A program made the position numbers and the translations under genes. Positions 11,201-25,061 of a stretch of 64,000 nt of DNA are shown piece by piece. The DNA comes from Takakia lepidozioides (Eukaryota > Plantae > Bryophyta), in contig CM060734.1 of the NCBI GenBank assembly GCA_030704615.1, positions 29,264,001 through 29,328,000 on the forward strand, in the 5' to 3' direction. Under the pieces are notes generated by a model, which saw nothing but the letters and a program-made list of their open reading frames with translations, was not told the DNA's origin and ran no database searches. Within the stretch, counting starts at the first letter, position 1. Each line of letters starts with the position of its first letter.

Positions 11201-14200
11201 GGCGCTCATCACAGCGACTGATTCCCGTGGAATCTGTGTTCTGGCAGCACAAACAACATCAAAACACCCCATTAATATTTGTGGCGCAGATATTTTGGGA
11301 AGGGTAAATTGTGTGCGTATTGAAGTTGTTGGGTTCAATGGCCACTACCACTCCAGACTTGTATCTGCTTCAAAAGACTCGGCCTTGTTTTTATTTTATG
11401 AATCCTGCTTGTGTCTTATGTCTCGTAAAACAGACATTGTGGTTATTTATAGACTACCAAGCATCACATTGTTGGGCTCTTTTTAGACTACAAACTGTTT
11501 TCTAAAGTACCCCAAGTGATCTCTTGGGACAAAAAATTGGTAAGCTCTATATGGTCTCTTAATATACTCCCTATATTGTGCTTGCTTTGCGTCTCCGCTG
11601 GCCTGCAATAGAAATACCGGATCCAGATGTACCAGTATGGGTTGGCTGGAATATGCTTAAGACATGTATGTCTTAATGTTTCAATTTCAATTTTAAGTAC
11701 TATATGCTTGGCTCTGGAGATTTATCTGCAATCCGGGTTTTTGAAATGAGATTACAATCTACAAGTATGGTGATGAATATCAAACCCATGGTGCTTTCAT
11801 GATATGAATGATCAGGAATCCCGCCCTCCCAGCCTGTTTTTTCAGATACCCTGAAATGTAACGAGGTATTCAAATGAGATGGTTAAAAAAAAAGGGGTTG
11901 TTAGATGGTGCCCTGTAAAGGGCTGCATTGTCTTTCATGACAATGACCTCAGTGGTCTTGTCCATGTCCTGACATGACATGTATATCTTCCCTCTCTTTA
12001 TCTGATCAGTGTACTTAGTGGTTTTTGTACACACCATCTACCCTTCTCCTTTCCTGTTTCACCTTCTCATTTTGATGTACTAACAATATTTTTTGAAGGG
12101 CCTTGGCAGATAGGCAACAAACACATTCCAAACTGGAAATGATGAACTGAAAGCCTGGGGTATGAATCTCCCTTGGCCAGGTATGTTCTTCTCCAGCAAT
12201 AGTATGGTTGATTGATTGGGTATGAAAAGTAAGGCATCCTTGATGATACCTGAAATAAGCACAGAGCATCTAAAGGACTTTTGAATGCCGATATTATGAG
12301 CTAAGCCCTGGTAAGACAGCTTACGGGAGTATGTGTACACCTTATACATGATCCGGTCAATGCACACTACTTTTGTTAGCTAGTCTCATGTAGCCGATGC
12401 CTTATATCAGAATCAGATACCTTATGATTGAGTGACTGCCATGTCCTTTGATCAAGTGCTTCTATACTTCTCTTAGATATGGCTTTGCTCCTTGTGGCAC
12501 CATAAGAAAATACCCAACTCTAATCTGTTGCTAGAAGATGTTTTGTCTATATCACAGGCATGTTACTACAGACCTGAGCTGCTATTGTATCTTGACAAGG
12601 TTCCTTGAACGAGGTTCCTTCCCTAGCCTGTTCTTCCCTGTGCAAGAACTTATTGAGAAACTGAAAGGTATTTTCTAAAAACTTGTACCTATCCAGAGCT
12701 AAGTATACCACTGAACTCTCTGTTCTTTTCTCGTGATACTATACCGGTCTTGCTATGATACACTTTATGCCAATGTTTCATTCATGACCCGAGGAAGAGA
12801 GGATGTAGGATTCTACTCCTTGGATAATATAATCTAAGGATAGAACTACATGGAAGAGGGGAAACCTTATGAGAAGGGGTCTGGTATGCACTTCCTTACG
12901 GGGTGAGTGCATACCACACTCACTCCGTAAGGTTCTGCCATGCCAGGGGATTGGCTGGTGGGTCCCTCTCTCTCCCTCTCTCCCTCTCCCTCTATAACTC
13001 TTTGGATTTCATCTGGCCTTAACCTTTTTGAGGCCAGTTATTTGGTTTTTCATCCCAATCTTTTTCATCCAAATTTGGCTGATATTATTGTAGGATAATG
13101 AAACTTAATGTACAGAAAGCTTGGTTTACCATTTGTTTCTTTCATCTAAACTGGATGAACTACATGAATAATGGTGACCTATTTTAATCCAAGAGATAGT
13201 AATTTTACCATCATTTATTATAAATGATGGCAGTTATAAAACTTGAGCCTATACCCTAACCCTAAAAGATACCTTTTTATTGGATGTCATCCATTGACAA
13301 AGTGCATCTCGTGCTAAAATGCGACTTTTCGTCCACCCTGCATGACAAATCGAGGAGCTGTGCCCTAAGCGGGCCGACACATTTCACAGCACAGAACTCG
13401 TGCTTCAGGGATCCTCGATGATGCGCCGTGTAAATCTGCTCCCCTGCTGCTACATGGTACTCGTGATGGCTGGCTCTTGGGATGCGCATTGGCGGTTAGG
13501 CAGATTCCTCTCTGGCAGGCGACAAAGCGATGATCGCTTTGCTCAATTTGTCCCTTGGTTGCCTCCCCATGCAGTTGAATTAGAGGTTGCCAATAACGAT
13601 CACATGATGTGACTACTGCCTTCCAGCTGAAAGGTGGACACCTTCATGACACACCAAACCGTGGTTTGAACCCACAACCACATCCAACGTGGTATGTGCC
13701 CATTACCAATAGGCTACATGCTGGTTGTCGACACCAGGAGGATATTGGAGTAGGGGGTGTTTGTGCTCAGGGGTTTGTTGTTGGGTTAGGATGAGAATGG
13801 TACGTGGAGGTGGAGGGAGAGGAGTGTAGAGCATGCCTAGCCCATTGAAGGGCTTCGTGAGCGAGGGGCCCTGCGGGTGGGTGGGCCAGGTCACCTCCTG
13901 CCCATGTGTGCTCAGTAGCGGCTCCTAATGCGCCAAATATACAGTCCCGGGGATGGGGGCCATCGTACGAAGAGAGCTCCATGGGGCAGGTAAGTGGGCT
14001 GGAATAATAAGAGTGCGTTAGTTTAAGTGAGGTGATGAGGAATTTTAGTATGTCATGTGGGAGGGTGACATGGGAGTAGGCTTGTGATAGTTTGCTGAGG
14101 GTACGCGGCTTCTTAGTGGGGGTATCGCTAATATAGCGATTGAGAAGCCAAGTGATCTCCGCGGCAAAGTCTTGTTTCGGCGGGTGTAGGTTGGTATGTG

Positions 14201-15569
14201 TGGTGGAGGTGGAGTATTTGTACCAGAGCCATGTGAGTCGTATATTGGAAATGGAACCGGCGAAGCTGCCATTAAGTGTGTAGATATCGGATAGTAGAGG
14301 TTTGGGGCATATAAGGGGGCCATGCATAATATCTTTGTCTGGGTTGCACTCTGTGGTATGTATTTGGATTTTAGGTGTGTCTAAGGGTTGGCTGACATAA
14401 CGGGTTTGCGAGTTGGGTTTGTGAGGTGTGTTGTTGATGAGTGTGTGCTAGATAGTTGGTGTTAGTTGTTTTGTGAAAGTTTATGAGGAGTGTACGGTTA
14501 TGTGCTGGGTCATTGTCATCATGCGATCCAAATAGGTCGTCTTCTATTTGCCAGGTGTTATCTTATGCGGGAAATCCCTCCCATTTACATAAGTAATAGG
14601 TGTCAATGCAGGTTGCGCCGTGGGAGTCGAGTGATGTTTGGGTTTTAATGCCAAGGATAGCCTCTATAACATAGGCTTCGGGGTGATCTGGGTCCGGAAG
14701 GTGGTGGCGAGTTTGTGGAGTGGTGGTTAATGTGGGGCTAGGCCGGGGTGTTGTTGAGGTGTATTGGGTGGGGTGGTAGGTATGGCGGGAGGTATGGTGG
14801 GGGAGGGGTGTGCAGGGAGGTGTGTGCTGGTGTATGAAGAGAGGCTTGAAGGAGTTGTAATATTGATGGGGCTGGGGCAGTTCTGAATTCTGGGAGAAGA
14901 TCTTGTTTGTTGAGTGGGTAGAGCGTGCAGGGGAGGTCGCATGTTAAGGTGCAGGAGGGAGATGGGTGGCAGAAAAGGGGAGCAGAGGTGTAGTAAGTAT
15001 CGACGAGTTTTGATCGTGGCCCTGGAGTGCTTTAAGGTAAATTGGCATGGGGTTAAGAGCTGGTTGCCGCTGTTAGTAATATGGCGGGCTTTAAAGTAAG
15101 CGAGAACATGGTTCTTTTGTTTTGGGTGTGAGACTTCAAATTGTGAAGAAAGGGGCTGTTACGCCATGCGAGTGCAAGTGGGGATATAGAGGTGGGGTAT
15201 CCAGGGAGATCGGTATGAACGCTTATCTTCATTTGGCGCAGGATGAGAAGGGTGCGGGCGGTGGCAAAGTGAAGGCAGGATTGCGGGTGCATTGTAGGGA
15301 GGGAAAGTAGTCCATTATATTTGATGGCAAGGTGTTTGAGTAACCCCTTGAAAATATGCCCAAGGCGGCCTGGGTCATTGAGGGCTTTTAGAAGTTGTGT
15401 GCCAAGCGTACGAGCATATGAGATAATAAGGGGGGTGGAGCCTATGCCGTAGTTGTCTTGGGGGAGTTGGGTGAGAACGTTGGGTGTACCGGTGGGCAGG
15501 CCGCATATACGTTTAGTGAGTTGTATAATGTTTTGGTCTAGCTGTCTAATATCATGTAAGGAGTACCCC

Positions 15570-17868
15570 CATCCGCCGCTGACCATGAATGGGCACAATT
15601 CACCCAGAACCTACAACTTAAATACATCCCAGCAAACCACCACTACTCCAGACAGGGTGGCCTCAACTACTCCTCCCTCAGTCTAATTGACGGCTTCTAC
15701 CTCAAAACTACCAATGTAATACCACCTTATCTCCTTAGCCGCGTGCATACCCACAGCCTTTGCAACTCAGACCACTACTTGGTCTCCATCTCGCTCCCAC
15801 CATCCCTCATCCCTTTCCGACCCCTTCCGGACATTCTTACCCCACCTCCACAACCAAGGATACTTTCACCCATACCACAATGCAACATCACTGCTTTCCA
15901 AAAACACTTCCACAAAGCCTCCTCAAATTTCATACACAAAGTATCCCCAATACTCATAGGCTCCAATCTTCCACCCACCGAAGTCTGGGCCACAATTGAA
16001 GCCGTGCTCACAGCCACTATGCAAGAAATGACTATAAGCGTACTAGCTACGTGTTCCTCTCCCCCCGACCTCCCACAAACTCCTCGATCCAAACAAAACG
16101 GTGGCTATCTCACCCGCACCCAAAAACACGAATGGACCCTACAACTCAACATCTATCACTCCATTAGGCGCGCCCTCTCTATCACTCCTTCTCGGCCAAC
16201 CCCTTCATACAACAACTGGCAAACCGACCCACGTATTACGGCTCTGAACATCTTACCAATATGCCAACCTCTAATGCCTCCCCTTGTGGACCCACTAGCT
16301 CTTCCACAATGGACTGCCGCCCTCTCCAAGATTGGGAGAGCTGCCAAAAAAGCGGCATACACCATCACAAAACAAAAGCTACCAAAAACCACAAAAAATT
16401 CGTTACTTCCTTCGGGAGTTACTAAACGATCATCCCAAGAGAGCTCACAAAGCCACCTTCAACCCCGCTATAAACCCACCCATCGATTGCATCAAACATA
16501 GACTAGGCCACATGCTAACCAAACCCGAGGATATCAAAAATGAAATATGGCTACAAGCCTCCACCTCCTACACACCCACGGTCACAAATTGTTTACACCC
16601 TGACAAACACGACCACCACTGTATATGCAAAGCCAGGCACTACCCGTGGCATGATCTTGATGGCTTCTCACTTGAGAGGAGAGGTCACCCCGAAGACCCC
16701 ATCAAAAATCTTTTCACCTCGGACCTATTCAACTCATGCTGCCCTCTCCAAATCAAAAGCCCCAGGTCCAGATCTCATCCCCAATGCCATTTTACAAGCA
16801 CTCGACCCCCAATTCCACTCTCTCATCTTCAAATTTTTTCAACTTTGCTATCTACTCCATCGTATCCCACTCTCTTGGAAACATAGCAGAACCATTCTAG
16901 TATTCAAAAAAATGTGACCCTACGGATCTAAGCAATTATAGACCCATTGCCCTATTTATAAATTATTTACCAGTACCCTCACACGAATGTTGTCTAATTA
17001 CGGAGAGCAACACCGAATTTTAAGTGACCCCCAATAAGGGTTCCGAGCCACCCGGAGCACCATCCGCCAAATACAATACGTCATCTCTGCTTTAGAAGAC
17101 GCCAAACTCACCAAACAAGATATCTACCTCCTCTATATCGACTTCAAAAACGCCTTTGGGTCATTGGATCACCCTCAATTATTAGCCATCATGACAGATT
17201 TAGGATACCCAATAGACGCCATTCAGATCATTGGTAACATCTACACCAACAGCACCACAAAATACTCTGGCTCCTACTACGGCTCCCCCCCCCCCCGCCC
17301 GATTCCCATCCTACGCGGCACCATCCAAGGGGGCACGCTGAGCCCCTATCTCTTCATCATTTTCCTTGAACCATTGCTCCGATGGCTCGCCCGGGGCAAT
17401 CTAGGGTACCAATACAAAACCTCCACAAACGAAATCTCTGCAGCCGCTTATGCAGACGACCTCGCCATTATCGCACATAAGCCACAAAACCTCAACCGAC
17501 AGGTAGATAAATTCTTCCGCTTTAACCAATGGTCCGGCATGGAATGAAGTCTACACAAATGTGCGGTCACGGCCGCCACACATCGTAGCAAATTCACTAA
17601 AGCTTCGATAGCCTCCCACTGTAAGCTCCATATCCACTACCAACAAAAACCATTTCCATTTCTGGGACCTGACGAACCCTACACCTACCTCGGCATCCAA
17701 CTAGTCCCCTCGCTCACCTGGCACATACAAAAACAATCAACCATCTTCAAATTACAAAATAGAAGCTCCACCCTTCTCAAATCCCCTATCTCCATACGGC
17801 CCAAACTAGCTATCATACAAAAAGTCCTTCACCCACAAATCCAATACGCCTTCCATGCAGCCCCTTAC
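15570..17868 (+). pseudogene. Inverted internal LINE segment: APE C-terminus and reverse transcriptase
   Basis: ORFs 15743-16501, 16540-16917 and 17164-17547 carry RT motifs on the plus strand while both flanks read on the minus strand. Confidence 0.85.
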
Positions 17869-19156
17869 TTGAATGCCATTGGATGGGTGTCCAGTCATTG
17901 CAATATCTCTGTTGAAGTCGCCAGCGAGGATGATATGGTGTTGTTGGTAGTCCGTATGGGTGAGTGTATTAGTGATAGTGTGGAATATGTCAGGTATGAG
18001 GGGGAGGTCTTCTATGTGGGAGGGCATGTATGGATAATAGGGCATAAGGATGGGGGGTGTAGTTGTATGGAGGTGGGATCGGAGAGGGATAGGGATGGAG
18101 ATTTTGGTGGTGGTGCTAGGAGAGTGGGGTGTGCAAAGGAACAATGCCACACCGCCCCGGGTGCGGATCTGCGTAATGTGCATTTGTTGAGTTGTTAGTG
18201 GGCTCCCATACAAGATGTAATACTTTGGGAGGAGTTTGTTTATGTAGGAGCTGCTAGTGTTGGTAGTGTGTAGCTTGGTTTCTTGTAAGAGAAAAATGTG
18301 TGGTTGTGACGCCTCTGAACAGAGGTGTAGGAGGCTCTGTATGCTAGTGGCTAAGGAGCCCACGTTCCAGGATGTAATATTGAGAGTGTTGTGGTGCGGA
18401 CTAGAGGTAAAAGGGGTGTCGATATTGGTTGTGGTGGGTAGGGGTGTCCGTGGGGATATCTGTGTGGGGGGTGTGTAGCTTGGTAGAGGGTTGACCGCTC
18501 TTAGTGTGGCTGAGATGATGTTCTCGGACAAAAAGGGAATTTCACGAAGGTGGAATGATGTTCTTGAGCGGACGAGGGGGCCGTCTCGAGGTGATCACCG
18601 AGGATTTTGTGGACATCGCCTGTTTTAGAGTGCAGGGTGTTGAGAGAGGAGTGGGTATATGATAGGTAGTGAGGGGGTGCCTGGTAGTTATGTGGGTGGG
18701 GGGGTAATTGTTGTAGTTTCGAGAGGAGGGTACGTATAGGGGTAGTTGAGTGGGAGTGAAGATAGTCATTGCAGGTGTCTGGGAGAGGGGATATGAGGAC
18801 AATGATGGTGAAGAGAAGATGTGTGAAGGGGAGGAGTTGAATTGGGAGAGAGTGTGGGAGAGAGCTGGGCATCTACTAGAGGGGAGACCGAAGGTTGTAA
18901 TGTGTTGTGTTGGGATGTGGTCAGTAAGTTGAGGAGGGGGGAAAAGGGTGCGAAGTGTTCGGAGATATGTCGGTAACTGTGAACAAGTGTTAGGGTATGA
19001 GGCTGGAAGTAGAGGGCGTATCGGTCTTGGGAGTCTTGAGAAAGTTTGTTAATGATTTCTTGAATATTTAGAGGGCCCGGGTTAGGGTGTATATCACCAC
19101 AGCGAAGTAATGAGAGTTGTAAGCGAATATTTGAGTACTGGCTATCGGGGGAGGCG

Positions 19157-19181
19157 GGGGGGGGGGGGGGGGGGGGGGGGG
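19157..19181. repeat. poly-G run
   Basis: Direct read of the sequence. Confidence 0.9.
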
Positions 19182-20188
19182 CGGTGGTGTAGAAGTGTTT
19201 CGATTTTTCGGGGTAGAGTTGGCGTCGCCTGTGAGGGCTGTGGGTGAGGGGGTGTTTGTGTGTGTGTGTGAGACAGAGTATTTGAGTGGTATATGGGCAG
19301 GTAGTGAAAGAGAGGATTGAAAAGGTGTGTGGGGGGTGTATGGGGAGGGGGTAGGAGCAGCTCGGCGAAATCGAGTGGGTAGAGGGGTTAGGGTGGGAAG
19401 GGGTTTAATAAGTGGGTGTATTGGCGGTCTTGGGGATAAATGTGTGGTGGGAGGAGAAGGGTGGTGTGATATCTGTTGGTGGTGACGGTAGTGGGTAGGG
19501 GAGGCGGCGGTTATAGCTGTGGGGGGCCATGAGGTATGTCGTGGAGTAGGCTGAGTTTGGTTGGGTGGCTAGAAATTTACTATAGTTGGCTAAGGGTTGC
19601 CAGGCGGGGTGGGGGAGAATGTGGGTTGGATAGTAGGTGGAATCTTTGCGTGGGATATTGCCTCTAAGGAGGGATGGTGGAAGGATGAAAAGGTCCGGAT
19701 GAAAAAGTCTGTGATTGGATTAACTGACGGAGTTGGGTGGCGTGGGTGTGATTATAATGGAGTGTGGTTTTATTCGTGGCAGGTACGTGGTGTACTATAT
19801 AGAGTGCCACGCGGGGGATCCCCGTTGGATATTTCAAGAGGGTGACGGGTGGGGGGAGGACAGCGGGCTGGGGAGTGTATACGTTGGGAGGGGGGCTAAG
19901 TGCATTGTGTGTGGGTGTGCAGTGGGTGGGGTAGATCGATCGCACAGAGCAGAGTCTGTGGTGTGTGGAGTGGGAGAGACAGTGTGTGATGTGGGAGAAG
20001 AGAGAGTAATGGAGGTCTGCACAGGTACATTGGATAAACATAGGAGGCATTGTTAAAATGGAAGTAGGGGATTGGAATTGCATGGTGTCATCAGAGAGTA
20101 CAAAAACGCTGAGGCGGCATAGATCTACAACACCCAAAAACTCTGACTGCCTCCTTTCTAATCACTATCTCTCTCTTTCTCGTTGTGT

Positions 20189-21725
20189 CCCTGCCCACAT
20201 TGAAGCACCTGAGGGACAAAGCGGGTAGTTAGTAGCATGCGGCATGCAATTGCAATCGGGCCAGGGGACAAAATGTGCACGTGAAGGCTTACCCGTGCCG
20301 CATGTTAGGTCAAGAATCCGCCCTTGGACATCCGAGCACGTCTCCACGAGGTTTGGGATGAAAGTAGGGCTCCGGGTCCGGCTGTACCGCCACGGTTTGC
20401 CTGTCTTTGTGTCCTTCGGCATACTGGATTGGGGCACATAGTTTGTAGAGACATCGTAGGTAAACAGGTCCACAACGGCATCAACAAGACGACGACCGTC
20501 ATTGCGGAATTTGAACGTAGACCCCTCTCTTCAATATGCCTCAACACCAATGTCTGCACATCCAACAAAGAAGGGATCCACTCCAGGGTCTAGTTTAGAT
20601 ACACCACAATATGAAGTGAATGCAATAGATTGATAACTTACACTCTGGCCCTCTGTTCGCAACCCCTGCGTATTGATGCAGAACCATTTTTTCAGGAGGA
20701 CCGGGGTGACACTTTTTGGTGTCCACCTTGCCACAACATTCTCTGTGGTCTTCCCTCTTGTGGCAAGGACCACCATACATCCACCGTCATCCAGGAGCAT
20801 CCCCGCCAGCCCAAACCCAGCTCTCCAGTAGTCCTCCGTAAACCTGTTCCAGGTGGGCACACCATCCAGGCCCTCCAGCAGCTCCCCATCTGGAATATCG
20901 AGGAGAATCATATCGCAGGCTCTCTCCACCTCAAACCCCCCCCCCCCGAGTGCTCTTGCAATCCGTGCTCACAGCCGTGAAGAATTCCATCATGGCTTCC
21001 AAACCAGGGGTGTCTTTAGGCTCTGTAGCAGCACCCTCTTCTTGGCTTTCCCCTTCAGCTCCTCCAGAGACTTGCTGTGTGCCACTTCTTCGCCCTGGCA
21101 GCCAGAGCGTCAAGAAAGCTCTCATTGACGCATTGGATGATAGTTGGGGATTCTAGCTTTGGCCTTTGCGGAAACGTCACCTCCGAATACCGCCGTGTAG
21201 GCTTGCCCTCAAATGCCAACTTCTTGGCAGAGCCAGTCCCAGTCCGAACTGACTTGGGAACCCGGACGACCGGTGACTTGGTAGCAGCAGCAGCAGTCGC
21301 AGGACCTTGCACAAAGTCATTGTCGGTCACTCCTTGGGCCCCTCCTGCGCCTCCTCTGGTGCCCCGGTGGTTTTTTGTTTTTTGGGGTTTACTTTACTCC
21401 CTTGTTTCCGTGTCCTTTTCATTTGTCCTTTATTCTTCTCATTCAATTTCTCCTGAATACCTGCCTGAGCAAGCTCTGCCGCTTTCCTGGACTTGGCAAG
21501 CGCTTTCGCCTCCTTTGGACCCAGTGGAGGCAACGGAGCCCGGTTTCCTCGGGCCTCCACATCCAGCTTCAATTGGAACTCGGATGAGTCGAGCGAGCTG
21601 GGCGGAAGGTCCACATACCAAGGGCAGTCGTGCAAATGCTCCAGATGCCACTCCTTCACGATAACGTCAGTGTACATGGAGTCAGCTCCAGGGTTCCTCC
21701 ATGCGAGGAAGAATGGCGGCTGGAA
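20189..21725 (-). pseudogene. Beta-class amino-DNA methyltransferase-like gene (copy B), frameshifted, 3' end displaced
   Basis: CDMILLDIPDG (motif IV-like), LLDDGGCMVV, then RTRSPTFIPNLVETCSDVQGRILDLTCGTG-ASM (motif X/I). The upstream CPWYVDLPP segment matches CYWWLDCPP in copy C. Introns present. Confidence 0.7.
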
Positions 21726-21779
21726 GGACAGATGACCTTTCTCCAACAAGGAGAACTTACAGTACCTGCATTCAAAAAC

Positions 21780-22080
21780 ACAGATAGAATCACATCCATT
21801 TTTCCCAGACTGGGTCCGAAAATGGCTAAGTCCCAGATCTGACTGGCCCGGAACTGGAAAAATGGCGCCGAATTTCCAGAATATGTGCCATCCGCCCCAG
21901 GGACTTAGCATTTTCGGACCCTGTACTGGAAAAATGGCGCCATTTTTCCAGTACAGGGTCGCGAAAATGGCTAGTCCCAGAACTGGAAAAATGGCGCCGA
22001 ATTTCCAGACTGTGCCAGCCACCCCTAGGGCTTAGCCATCCGCCCCATGGCCGGAAACAGGAAATTTGGCGCCATTTTTC
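21780..22080. repeat. Cluster of GGAAAAATGGCGCCGAATTTCC palindromes with GGCTAAGTCCCAG motifs
   Basis: Includes a perfect 44-bp palindrome at 21917-21960 (GACCCTGTACTGGAAAAATGGCGCCATTTTTCCAGTACAGGGTC). Confidence 0.9.
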
Positions 22081-22809
22081 TAGGGGCTTCACAACTAATT
22101 TTCATGCGCCACATAAGGCAACTTACATCCTGGAAATGTAGGGACTACAATGGCCACGGATCAAAGAAAGGCAACGCGTATGTACCTGTACAGAAGGCGC
22201 GTTGCCGCTTTGTCGCCGTTCGGCTGGTCCGCATTGCCGCATTGCCGCCCGTAGTACAAAGGCTTCAATTGCGACGCGGTCTGGATGGGGGGTTTCTCTC
22301 AAGAGAGCCATGCCCTTCTCCACGCGGCATAAGTCTGAGTAAAAGAAAAAATCTCCCGCAGAATGCGTGCGTACATGCCTCGAATGGAACTTCATCCACC
22401 CATCACATCAGGTGTCGAAGGCGTATCCGGGAAGCAAGCGCGGTATCCGTGTGGAACGTCCGGTTCAAAACAGATGGCGGAGGACATTTAATGCGCAACT
22501 GTGCCCTTAAATGTAGGTATGGAGGTCACCCACAGGCGCCACTTGGCCCACCCTCCCCCCGAGACTTCATCAACAGCCCGCTGGATGGAAAAAAAACGGC
22601 GCCGAATTTCCATTCAGCGGATGAAGTGGGACGCACCGTGGCCCTCCCTCCGCCTGAGACGTTCTCATCCAGAAGCAGCCGGATGGAAAACCGGCGCCGA
22701 ATTTCCATCCTGCAAGTAAGTCGGTCCACCTCATCGATGGAAATCCAGCACCGAATTTGTCTCTACCGGACAACATTGGTGGGCATAACATGCCAAAAAG
22801 TGGACCGCA

Positions 22810-23434
22810 GGGCCGTTTTTCCATCCGGGGGATGTTCTCTGTCGGCCAGGTGTCGGCCTCTCCCCCCGAGATGACTTCATCCGACGGGCCTCGAATGGAA
22901 ATTCGGCTCCGTTTTCCCATCCGGGGGATGTTCTCTGTCGGGTAGGTGTCGTCCTCTCCCCACGAGACGACTTCATCTGAACGGCCTCGGATGGAAATTC
23001 AGCGCCGTTTTTCCATCCGATGGATGTTCTCTGTCGGCCAGGTGTCGGCCTCTCCCCCCGAGACAACTTCATCCGAACGGCCTCGGATGGAAATTCGGTG
23101 CCGTTTTTCCATCCGAGGGATGTTCTCTGTCGGGCAGGTGTCGTCCTTTCCCCACGAGACGACTTCATCCGAACGGCCTCGGATGGAAATTCGACGTCGT
23201 TTTTCCATCCGATGGATATTCTCTGTCGGCCAGGTGTCAACCTCTCCCCCCGAGACGACTTCATCCGACGGGCCTCGAATGGAAATTCGGCGCCGTTTTT
23301 CCATCCGGGGGATGTTCTCTGTCGGCCAGGTGTCGGCCTCTCCCCCCGAGACAACTTCATCCATCGGGCCTCGTATGGAAACTCGACGCCGTTTTTCCAT
23401 CCGGGGGATGTTCTCTGTCGGCCAGGTGTCGGCC
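22810..23434 (+). repeat. 96-bp tandem array, left part
   Basis: GGAAA motif recurs at 23089, 23185, 23281 and 23377. Each unit contains the hairpin CGGATGGAAATTCGGCGCCGTTTTTCCATCCG. Confidence 0.95.
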
Positions 23435-24158
23435 TGTCGCGCACCTCACTTCGGTAATCTCCCCCTCAAGTCATAGTTACTCGCTTTGATGCGCGCGCTT
23501 GACTCCCAACCTGGCCGCCGGGCCAACTTGGAGCTTCGGCTGCTCACCGGGGCATAACGGTCCCCCTTTGTTCTCCCAAAGAACCCTCCACCGATTTGGA
23601 ACCAGCGGGAATTCCCTTTGGTAGTTGGCAGTCCGGAACAGCTCCCCACTCTTTGGTCGCTTTCCGGCTCGCTCGCTTACTCACTAGTTTTTGGTCACCA
23701 ACGGGCTTGCACCGTTCTCGGGGTTACTACTCCCTATATATACTTCTGTAGCTGTCCGCGGGGGTTTCACAACCAGCCATGCCATTTTATGGCGAACCAC
23801 CACGAAAACCCTCGACTCCCGGTGATTAGTCGCGGTGAGTCTTGGCCCACTCACCACGGCCCTTATGGACTGTGATGAGTCCCAAGACTCCCCACGACTC
23901 CCACCACGAGGTCTCCGCCCCCATGGTGAGTCCTATGCCACCCCCACTAAGTCCCGCTAAGCTACCACCACCCTTGTGGAGCCACCCCACCGCAACCCGT
24001 GTGCGGGGCTCCACCTAGTGAGCGCCTCCGCCTCCTTGAGTGCCTTGGGCACTCAAGGGTGCTTCAGCCCCTCATACCTATCGCTGCTGCTGCCCCACAC
24101 ACAGGGGCAGTCCCTCATGTGTCCCGACCCCCTGCCCTCAAGGCAAAGGGCCGCGACA
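23435..24158 (-). repeat. 3' LTR of the gypsy element
   Basis: TGTCGCG…CGCGACA; purine-rich tract TTGGTAGGGGTGTG immediately inside. Confidence 0.95.
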
Positions 24159-25061
24159 CACACCCCTACCAATAGGGAGTCGATGTCCTCATCGACTTGT
24201 CCATTTTGTAGAAACGAACATCCAAGTTGTGGCGTCCCACATCAAGGAGTTTGTTTCCGTACCATGGCGTCCCATGACAAAGAACCAAACCCCACACTTG
24301 ACTCTACTCTCCACTAGCTAGTTCGGCCGACTTCCTCCAAGTCCCGGCCAGGGGTGGAGCCTCTCAAGCTCCTCCCAGTGCACTCTTCTTGGCCTTCTTC
24401 AAGGTCAAGGAACGATCCTCCCCAAGGATCAAATCGCCTTACTGCAACAACATTGCTTGCAATCGCTCTGATGCCGCTTTTGGCATCACTTTGCGCAAGG
24501 GTTCACCTCGAACCCCTTTGACTAGGAAGATAACCTTGAACCAACCGTGCGCCCCAATCACTACAATTGGGTCCGTCTTGGAGTGCTGGCCTGAGGTACG
24601 GGAACACGTCGAAGCCGCACTACGACTTCGTCCCGAGACTACACGATTATAGTATCGAACGAAAGCACATAGCTTCCGCGTTAGCCCGCACTACAAGGCA
24701 ACCACCTCGGTAGCGCAGTTATAGTACGCGCACGCGCTAGGTGCGCACTAGCACGTGAACTCCCAAAGAAAGCGCATGTTTCCTTGCCCCTTGGATGGGA
24801 GTCACCCGATTTCGGCACTGCGCAAACACACGATTAACCCAATTTACCTCTCCCACTTTTATAAGCTAGCATGCATTCTACACACTAGCCAAACACACCA
24901 TGCATCTCCATTCCAAACAAAATAGGACACACAACATTTGGAACCCATTTCCTTTATAACAAATTTTTGTACAATACAAGTTTTTTGCAATCGGGTTCCT
25001 GAGCTAGCTAAGCCGGGCTAAGCATGCATTTCCTCCCCACGCTCCAAGGTTGATGTCCCCA

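Larger units (their letters stand above)
13300..20188 (-). mobile_element. Non-LTR retrotransposon (LINE), degenerate ORF2 with APE endonuclease, RT and C-terminal PCIF1-like domain; internal segment inverted
   Basis: APE motifs SWNVGSL, LLQET, RGGVA, ILAGDFN (17.9-18.4 kb, minus). SDH and RT motifs KAPGPD, YIDFKNAF, GTIQGGTLSP, AYADDL, YLGI (15.7-17.7 kb, plus). Continuation on the minus strand from ~15566. Confidence 0.9.

Noticed and set aside
11500-13270. Possible degenerate retroelement or gene
   Set aside because: No recognisable motifs or termini; short ORFs only.
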